Assembly (NCBI GenBank): GCA_035255225.1
Contig: DATEZX010000191.1
Location: 1-30,797 of the forward strand
DNA: 30,797 nucleotides
Origin: Candidatus Limnocylindrales bacterium
GTDB lineage: Bacteria; Chloroflexota; Limnocylindria; Limnocylindrales; CSP1-4
Reading direction: 5' to 3'
Of this stretch, positions 24,784 to 30,797 are shown piece after piece. The translations under genes and the position numbers were made by a program. The notes below the pieces were generated by a model. The model had not been told where the DNA came from and searched no databases. It saw nothing but the letters and a program-made list of their open reading frames with translations. The stretch's first letter is position 1. Every line of letters starts with the position of its first letter.

Positions 24784-25666
24784 CCGTTCCGAGGTCGAGC
24801 CGGGCGAGTCGTTCTGGGTCGAAGAGAATGTCGATCTCGGAGATCCTGCCTCCGGCGAAGTTGAAGCCGAGGACCGCGTAGCGCCGCTCGCCGACGAAGA
24901 CGACGAAGCCGGCGGACCCGTTGACGAGCGCCCGTCGAGCGCCGGGCGCCAGCCGGGCGAAGCCCATCGCCGTCCGTCCCACGAGCTCGGCGCCGTCGAG
25001 CCGGCGGACCGTCCCGAGCGGGCTCGGCGCGGCGCCCGGGTCAACCCGAGCCACGACCTCGGGATCGAGCACCTGGAGGAGGGCCGCGAAGTCGCCGTTC
25101 CGGGCCGCGGCAAGGAAGGCGTCGACGAGCTGCCACTGCCGCGCCAGCGGAACCTCGGTCGAGGTCGTCGAGCCACGGACCCGGCGGCGAGCGCGGGAGG
25201 CGAGCTGGCGCGTCGCCACGGGCGTGCGTCCGAGGATCGGCGCGATCTGGTCGAACGGCAGGGCGAAGGTGTCGTGGAGGACGAACGCCAGGCGCTCGGC
25301 AGGGGTGAGCGTGTCCAGGACGATGAGCATCGCCAGCCCGACCGAGTCGGCCAGGAGGGCCTCCTGCTCGGGATCGACGCCCTCGGCCGGGGAGATGACG
25401 GGGTCGGGGACGGCGAGACGCTCCTCGAGCGAGTCCTCGCGGCGGGAGGCGCGGGTCCGGAGGCGATCGAGGCATAGCCGCGCGACGATCGTCGTCAGCC
25501 AGCCGACGAGGTTGTCGACCTTCGTGGCGTCGGCCCGGCTGGCGCGCAGCCAGGCATCCTGGACGACGTCGTCGGCCTCGGCCAGCGAGCCCAGCATCCG
25601 GTAGGCCACCGCCCGGAGATGGGGACGGTGGGCCTCGAAGCGGGCGGCGAGGTCTGGATCAGCCAT
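24767..25666 (-). CDS. ECF sigma factor of the ECF41/SigJ type with a C-terminal SnoaL-like extension
   Basis: HLRAVAYRMLGSLAEADDVVQDAW (region 2), LTPAERLAFVLHDTF (region 4), and LVDAFLAAARNGDFAALLQVLDPEVV. ATG 25666 or TTG 25675. Confidence 0.92.
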   Translation of the reverse strand: MADPDLAARFEAHRPHLRAVAYRMLGSLAEADDVVQDAWLRASRADATKVDNLVGWLTTIVARLCLDRLRTRASRREDSLEERLAVPDPVISPAEGVDPEQEALLADSVGLAMLIVLDTLTPAERLAFVLHDTFALPFDQIAPILGRTPVATRQLASRARRRVRGSTTSTEVPLARQWQLVDAFLAAARNGDFAALLQVLDPEVVARVDPGAAPSPLGTVRRLDGAELVGRTAMGFARLAPGARRALVNGSAGFVVFVGERRYAVLGFNFAGGRISEIDILFDPERLARLDLGTVSRGA

Positions 25667-25680
25667 CTGCGTCAAGCATC

Positions 25681-25707
25681 GGTCACGTCCTCCGGCGCGG
25701 GTCCGTC
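25681..25707 (+). promoter_or_regulatory. Candidate ECF41-type promoter GGTCACG-N16-CGTC
   Basis: Matches the recalled ECF41 consensus TGTCACA-N16-CGTC at 5/7 and 4/4 with exact spacing; faces the divergent oxidoreductase gene. Confidence 0.65.
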
Positions 25708-25756
25708 ACCCGATTGACGTGCGCACCTGCGCCAATCGTGACCGAGGACCAGATTG

Positions 25757-26227
25757 ATGACGAACCAGCTGTCCCAGGCTCCGGCCCTGATCCGCATCTC
25801 GAACCCGCTCGCCAATGCGCTGCTTCGCGGTGGCATGCCGATGGGCCCGAACACCCTCGTCACCATCCGAGGCCGCACCAGCGGCCTGCCACGCTCGATG
25901 CCCCTGGCCGTCATGGAAGCCGACGGCCGGCGATGGATCATCGGCGCGTACGGCGACGTCAACTGGACGCGCAACCTCCGGGCGGCCGGCGAGGCCGACA
26001 TCCACGTCAGCGGCGAGACGCTCCACGTGACGGCCACCGAGCTGCCTCGCGAGGCCGCCGAACGATTCTTCAGCGAGACCCTGCCGGCCTACATCCGTCG
26101 CTTCCCGGCGGCGGGCCGGCTCTTCGCCCGCGTGTTCTTCCGGCTCGTCGCGCCCGACATCACCCGCGACCCGGTCGGGGCCGCGTCCCGTCATCCGGTG
26201 TTCGAGCTCCGCACCACCGAGGCATAG
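25757..26227 (+). CDS. Nitroreductase/deazaflavin(F420)-dependent oxidoreductase family protein, 156 aa
   Basis: LVTIRGRTSGLPRSMPL and AYGDVNWTRNLRAAG motifs; GAGGA SD. Confidence 0.85.
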   Translation: MTNQLSQAPALIRISNPLANALLRGGMPMGPNTLVTIRGRTSGLPRSMPLAVMEADGRRWIIGAYGDVNWTRNLRAAGEADIHVSGETLHVTATELPREAAERFFSETLPAYIRRFPAAGRLFARVFFRLVAPDITRDPVGAASRHPVFELRTTEA

Positions 26228-26280
26228 CCCGGCGCTGCGAGCGTCTTCAGGCGGCCGCGCCGCCTCGCAGGGGCGACCCG

Positions 26281-26823
26281 TCAGGGCGCGGTCGGGACCC
26301 AGAAGCGGAGTGTGCCCCTCCGCTCGTCCTCGAGGACCCCGCCGTTGCGCTCGATGACCGTCCGCGAGCCGACGTTGTGGACGGCGCACGTCACGAGCGC
26401 ACGCTCGATCCCCAGCCCACGCGCCACGCGAAGCGCCTCCCCGAGCATGGCTGTGGCATGACCTCGCCGACGGGCCGAGGGCCGGACGTCGTAGCCGATG
26501 TGGCCGCCCTGCTCGAGCAGGCGGGGCGTCAGCCTGTGGCGGATCCCGATCCGGCCGAGGTATTCATCGCCGTCCACGTACCACAGCTCGGTGTCGGGCA
26601 CGATGCCGGTCGGGCGGGGCGTCTCCTCGAGCCGCTCGGCCCGGATCGCGGCGCAGAAGGCGGCGAAGGCCTCGTCCGACGCCCAGGCCTCGGCCTGCTC
26701 GCGGATGTAGTGGCCGATGACCGTCCGGTCGTCCCCGGCACCGCGGCCCTCCGCCGCGAACTCGGCCATCGCGGCGGCGAACGAAGCGCGATAGCGAGCG
26801 TCGGGCGGGACGAGCTCGGGCAT
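26281..26823 (-). CDS. GNAT family N-acetyltransferase, 180 aa
   Basis: YLGRIGIRHRL, GGHIGYDVRPSARRRGHAT (acetyl-CoA motif A), NVGSRTVIERNGG motifs. Confidence 0.9.
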   Translation of the reverse strand: MPELVPPDARYRASFAAAMAEFAAEGRGAGDDRTVIGHYIREQAEAWASDEAFAAFCAAIRAERLEETPRPTGIVPDTELWYVDGDEYLGRIGIRHRLTPRLLEQGGHIGYDVRPSARRRGHATAMLGEALRVARGLGIERALVTCAVHNVGSRTVIERNGGVLEDERRGTLRFWVPTAP

Positions 26824-26861
26824 TCGGCCATTCTCGTCGGTCAGGGCGAGCCGGGCTGCGA

Positions 26862-27467
26862 TCAGGAGCGGCGAACGCCGTAGCGGAGGTGCGTCACCCG
26901 CGCGCCCTCGAGCACCACGTGCGGCCCATCGAGGAGGATCGGCGCGGCGCTGAGCTGCTCGAAATAGCGCACGCCGCTTCCCAGCAGCACCGGGGCCAGG
27001 TCGATCGAGATCTCGTCGAGCAGGCCGAGCTCAAGGCACTGGCTGGCGATCTTCCCGGCCGTGACGACGACGTCCAGGTCGCCCGCGATCTCGCGCGCTC
27101 GCTGGATCGCGCGCGGGAGCCCATCGGTGACGAACGTGAACGGCGCGTCCGGATGCGCGGCGATCCATCCCTCCGGCGCCGAATGCGTCACCACGACGAT
27201 CGGCTTGTCGAACGGGTGGACACCGCCCCAGCCGTCTGTCAGGTCGAACCCCCGACGACCGATGACGAACGCGCCGGCACGCTCGGCGAACTCACGGAAG
27301 TACGCGTGGTCGGTCGCCGTCAGCCGGAAGCCGACGTTTGGATTCGCGCTCGGGAACTCGACGTCGCCGCCGTTCATCCACGCGAACAGGTGCTCGAAGC
27401 CGGTCTCGTTCGGCCCGGCGATGTAGCCGTCGAGCGAGACGGTCCCGCCGGTGACCACCTTGCCCAT
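26862..27467 (-). CDS. Dihydrofolate reductase-like (RibD C-terminal) family protein, 201 aa
   Basis: VSLDGYIAGP, IGRRGFD, GLLDEISIDLAPVLLGSG and VTHLRY motifs; GAGGAGG SD. Confidence 0.88.
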   Translation of the reverse strand: MGKVVTGGTVSLDGYIAGPNETGFEHLFAWMNGGDVEFPSANPNVGFRLTATDHAYFREFAERAGAFVIGRRGFDLTDGWGGVHPFDKPIVVVTHSAPEGWIAAHPDAPFTFVTDGLPRAIQRAREIAGDLDVVVTAGKIASQCLELGLLDEISIDLAPVLLGSGVRYFEQLSAAPILLDGPHVVLEGARVTHLRYGVRRS

Positions 27468-27477
27468 CGCTGCCTCC

Positions 27478-28365
27478 TCAGGCTGCGGCGCTCAGGACCT
27501 CGCGAAGCTTCGCCGCGAAGGCGTCGGGCTCGCCGGTCTGGCCGTACTCGCCGCCGAGGAAGCCGGCGTGATCGCCCGGGAAGACCGCCGCCTCGAGCCC
27601 GAGCTTCTGGGCGATCGTCCGCGCGGCCCTCGCCGCCATGGTCTCGCCGGACGCCTCACCAACTGCCAGGACGATGCGCGTCGGGGCCCGGCGCAGGGCG
27701 TCGAAGTCCGGCACGTACGCTGGGCAGGACGGCATGTTCTGCCCGACGAGCGGGTCGTCGCGCGAGCCGTCGTCCTGGGTCGGCAGGCCGAACATGGCCG
27801 GATCGGGCGCCGGTCGATCGAGGTAGTCGTGCGGGATCGGGCCCTGGAACATGACCAGGGCGATGAACTTCGCCATCGCCGGCCCGAAGCCACGCTTCAG
27901 GTAGGTCTCGTGCAGGTCGCGGCACGCGGCTACCGCCGCCTCGCGATCGGGGAGCACCGAGGCGGACGGAGGCTCGTGGGCGATGAGGATACGGACGTCC
28001 TCGGGGTGCCGGGCCACCCAGGCGAGGGCGTTCACCGCGCCGCCACTGTTCGCGAACACATCGACCGGACCGCCGCCGAGCGCCTGGATGACGCGATGGA
28101 GGTCGTCGGCGTGCTCCTCTGGCGTCGACTCGGCGGCATCGTCGTTGCGCTTGCTGCGCTCGGCGCCGCGGGGGTCGTAGGTCACGACCGTGCGATCCGA
28201 GAAGTGGCTGGCGAGGGTGACGAACCCGCCGGCGCCCATCGGCGAGCCGAACAGCAGCAGCGGCGGCTCGATGGTGGCGTCATTGGGACGGACGTCATAG
28301 GTGATCCGCGCGCCCGGGGCGTCGATCGTGTGGGTCGTCGGCTGGGTTGCGGTGGTTGCGGTCAT
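27478..28365 (-). CDS. Alpha/beta hydrolase, 295 aa
   Basis: VVTYDPRG, nucleophile elbow ANSGG, AHEPP, FPGDHAGF (His); AAGGAG SD before ATG 28365. Confidence 0.88.
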   Translation of the reverse strand: MTATTATQPTTHTIDAPGARITYDVRPNDATIEPPLLLFGSPMGAGGFVTLASHFSDRTVVTYDPRGAERSKRNDDAAESTPEEHADDLHRVIQALGGGPVDVFANSGGAVNALAWVARHPEDVRILIAHEPPSASVLPDREAAVAACRDLHETYLKRGFGPAMAKFIALVMFQGPIPHDYLDRPAPDPAMFGLPTQDDGSRDDPLVGQNMPSCPAYVPDFDALRRAPTRIVLAVGEASGETMAARAARTIAQKLGLEAAVFPGDHAGFLGGEYGQTGEPDAFAAKLREVLSAAA

Positions 28366-28393
28366 CGCTGCGCTCCTTCCAAGTTCGGTTGAC

Positions 28394-28433
28394 TCTACCC
28401 AGACGTCGGACGAGCGGGCCTTACATCGACATC
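28394..28433 (-). promoter_or_regulatory. ECF42-type promoter, copy 1 (TGTCGA-N17-CGAC)
   Basis: Minus strand reads GATGTCGATGTAAGGCCCGCTCGTCCGACGTCTGGGTAGA. Confidence 0.7.
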
Positions 28434-28517
28434 GAAGTCGCACCAACCGGCGCTTCGATCATCACGACGTGATGCCATGAAGGCCGTTGGGTCCGCTGTG
28501 GCGGCCACAGGTCCCGA

Positions 28518-28910
28518 TCAATCGCCGGTCGGGACGATCCCCGCGCCTTCGATCATGACGACGACGGTCCGCTCGGCCGCGCGCGGCCGATGGCGAACCC
28601 CACGCGGCACGACGATCCCCTGGCCGGGCTCGAGTCGCGTCGGGTCGCGGTCCTCGGCGTCCAGCTCGAAGGCGCCGTCGAGGACGAAGAACAGCTCGTC
28701 CTCGTCCTCGTGTCGGTGCCACGGGTACTCACCGCGGAAGACCCCGAGTCGGAAGACACAGTCGTTCACCCGGGCGAGCGTCTGATTCCACCAGGGCAGG
28801 GCGTTGGCGTCGGCCATCGCGGAGGCGTCGAACCGCTCGAGCGGTCCGAACTTCACGTCGACGAACGTCCCCCATGGGTTGGCCGGATCGACACGTGCCG
28901 TCTCGTTCAC
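28518..28910 (-). CDS. Cupin-domain protein, 130 aa
   Basis: WHRHEDEDELFFVLDG and VPRGVRHRP metal motifs; GAGGAGG SD. Confidence 0.9.
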   Translation of the reverse strand: MNETARVDPANPWGTFVDVKFGPLERFDASAMADANALPWWNQTLARVNDCVFRLGVFRGEYPWHRHEDEDELFFVLDGAFELDAEDRDPTRLEPGQGIVVPRGVRHRPRAAERTVVVMIEGAGIVPTGD

Positions 28911-28942
28911 GGGGCACCCTCCTCGACGCGAACGCCGTTGCG

Positions 28943-28982
28943 GATGTCGATCCCCGCAACGCTCGTTCGACGTGTTCGTAGG
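28943..28982 (+). promoter_or_regulatory. ECF42-type promoter, copy 2 (TGTCGA-N17-CGAC)
   Basis: GATGTCGATCCCCGCAACGCTCGTTCGACGTGTTCGTAGG. Confidence 0.7.
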
Positions 28983-29014
28983 ACCCTAGACCGATCCGAG
29001 AAGGAGCGTCCCGT

Positions 29015-29917
29015 ATGACCACCGAGCCCATCGCCTCCGCCGCCCCGGCGGATGCCGCCGGAGTCGCATCCAAGACGGCCGACGCCTGGGTCGCCACGAA
29101 GCGCGGCGACGGCGCCTACGCCGACGTCAACGGCGTGCACCTGTACTACGAGACCTTCACCCCGCCGGCGCATGGGGCCGCCGCGCCGCTGAGGACCCTG
29201 ATCCTGCTCCACGGTGGTCTCGGCTCGGGCGAGATGTTCGACCCGGTCATCCCGGCCCTCGCCGAGGATCGTCGGGTCATCACCGTCGATCTCCAGGCCC
29301 ATGGCCGGACCGCCGACGTCGACCGCCCGATCGACCCGCGGGCGATGGCCGAGGACGTCGCCGAGCTCATTCGACATCTCGGCCTCGCGAAGCCGGATGT
29401 GCTCGGCTACTCGCTCGGCGGCGGCGTCGCGCTGCACCTTGCGGCCGCCCATCCCGAGCACATCGGTAAGGCGATCATCGTCTCGGCCCACGCCTACCGC
29501 GACGCGACCTATCCGGAGCTGCGAGCCCAGTCCGCCCGGCTCGGCGCAGCGGCAGCCGAATTCATGCGGGGCACGCCGATGTACGAGCTCTACCACCGGG
29601 TCGCGCCGCGGGCCGAGGACTTCGGGCGCTTGCTCGACAAGATGGGCGCCTGGATTCGGAGCCCGTTCGACTACCGCGCCGAGTACGCCTCGCTCCGGGT
29701 GCCGACGCTCATCGCCTGCGCCGACGCCGACGGGGCCCCGCCGCGCCACTACGTCGAGCTCTTCGAGTCGCTCGGCGGCGGCCAGCGGGACGGCAACTGG
29801 GACGGCTCCGGCCGGCCCGATGGCGGCCATGCCTTCGCGGTCATTCCGGGGGAGACCCACTACTCGATCTTCGCCTCGCCGCAGCTCGTCGCGGCCGCGA
29901 AGGCGTTCCTGGGCTAG
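29015..29917 (+). CDS. Alpha/beta hydrolase, 300 aa
   Basis: LLHGGLG, VDLQAHGRT, GYSLGG (Ser), ADADG (Asp), GETHY (His); AAGGAG SD. Confidence 0.9.
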   Translation: MTTEPIASAAPADAAGVASKTADAWVATKRGDGAYADVNGVHLYYETFTPPAHGAAAPLRTLILLHGGLGSGEMFDPVIPALAEDRRVITVDLQAHGRTADVDRPIDPRAMAEDVAELIRHLGLAKPDVLGYSLGGGVALHLAAAHPEHIGKAIIVSAHAYRDATYPELRAQSARLGAAAAEFMRGTPMYELYHRVAPRAEDFGRLLDKMGAWIRSPFDYRAEYASLRVPTLIACADADGAPPRHYVELFESLGGGQRDGNWDGSGRPDGGHAFAVIPGETHYSIFASPQLVAAAKAFLG

Positions 29918-29999
29918 TCCGCCTTCGCCTCGCGGAGCTCGGCCTCCCACGGGCGAGCACGAGGCTCACGCGCCGGGCAGGCTCACCGGGCCGGCGGGT

Positions 30000-30458
30000 T
30001 CACGACGCGCGGCGCGAGGGCCCGGACGCGATCGGCGGGATCACCTCACCGACCGGTGGCCCGACGAGCGGCGTGGCCGCCGCGCGAGCGAGGTACCAGG
30101 TCTGGAGCCACGTGTCCGCGTCGTCATAACGCTGGAGCGGCAGGTCGTGGCTGATCGAGACGAGCGCGCCGCCCTGCCGAAATGAGGCGAGCGTCGGTCG
30201 GCCGACGAACGCAATGTCGAGTCGCTCGGCCCAGCCGGGCTCTCGGACCGCGAGCCGGTCCACGAGGCCTGCCAGGACGCCGAAGTCGAGGTCATCGACC
30301 GACCGAGCCGTCACGACGACGAGGTCGAGGTCGCTGAACGCCGGCTCGAACCCGCCCGCCACGGCGGAGCCATAGAGGTATGCGCCGACGAGGTCGGCGC
30401 CGAGCGTCTGCCGCAGGTCGTCCAGGAACGCTGGCAGGAGCGTGGCGAAGGCCGGAAT
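30000..30458 (-). pseudogene. Probably degraded Pol-beta-type nucleotidyltransferase (AadA/DUF4111-like architecture)
   Basis: In-frame LGADLVGAYLYGSAVAGGFEPAFSDLDLVVV (GS...DxD). No in-frame ATG/GTG/TTG between the upstream gene and the motif; the frame stops shortly after VIPPI. Confidence 0.6.
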
Positions 30459-30555
30459 GCGCCGCCACCGGTCGGCCGCCGCTCCGCCGCCTCGAACGAG
30501 AGTCCCCTCGCCGGCGCCAGCGTATCCGCGGCGCCGGCGAGGACATTCGTCGGGC

Positions 30556-30795
30556 TCAGTAGGCGGTCCAGCCGTCGCGGACCGCCCAGACCGTGACCTG
30601 GGGCGGACCGTCGAACAGCGACGCCATCTCGGCCTGGACGGCCGGGTCCTGGAGTGCCGCGAGCGCCTCCTCAGAGTCCCAGCGGTCCATCGCCAGGAAC
30701 TCGCGGGGATCCGCGGCGTTGGCGAAGACCATGTGGCCGGTGCCGCCCATCGGCTCGAGCTTCGGGCGGAGCCTGGCGACGATGGCGTTGTGGCG
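30556..30795 (-). CDS. Partial (5' end beyond the window) dimeric alpha/beta-barrel, ABM-like small protein
   Basis: Open frame runs to the window edge: HNAIVARL...HMVFAN...FLAMDRWDSEEAL...DPAVQAEMASLFDGPPQVTVW. Confidence 0.6.
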   Translation of the reverse strand, partial: RHNAIVARLRPKLEPMGGTGHMVFANAADPREFLAMDRWDSEEALAALQDPAVQAEMASLFDGPPQVTVWAVRDGWTAY

Positions 30796-30797
30796 GG

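Noticed and set aside
30292-30546. 84-aa ORF from ATG 30546 as the nucleotidyltransferase start
   Set aside because: Different frame from the catalytic motif, Arg-rich non-protein-like sequence and no SD.
1-30797. Mobile element, prophage or defence island
   Set aside because: No integrase, transposase, phage or defence genes, no tRNA or att site, and no obvious GC shift.

Overview
Very GC-rich (roughly 70%+ by eye) bacterial chromosomal segment with about 35 real genes. No rRNA, tRNA, CRISPR array, integrase or transposase was seen. The gene inventory (PAC2, LCP, F420-type split-barrel oxidoreductases, ECF41 sigma, many leaderless genes) fits an Actinomycetota- or Chloroflexota-like monoderm; this is inference only. 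Most long six-frame ORFs are GC-driven antisense shadows. (1) 1-9260: an apparent self-contained sugar/polyol catabolic regulon. A SorC/DeoR-family regulator is divergent from a mannose/sorbose-family PTS operon (IIA, IIB, IIC, IID, EamA exporter). That operon meets tail-to-tail a second operon (Zn-dehydrogenase, atypical class I aldolase, aldehyde dehydrogenase, VOC protein). Both operons carry the same 27-bp palindromic operator-like motif just downstream of their promoters; the substrate is unknown. (2) 9.4-24.2 kb: mostly mono- or bicistronic redox, envelope and signalling genes, many apparently leaderless, plus an unannotated 39-codon ORF. (3) 24.2-30.8 kb: an XRE autoregulatory module, an ECF41 sigma with its predicted target promoter, two near-identical ECF42-type promoters driving divergent alpha/beta-hydrolases, a degraded nucleotidyltransferase, and a gene cut by the window edge. 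All product calls come from recalled motifs, not database searches.
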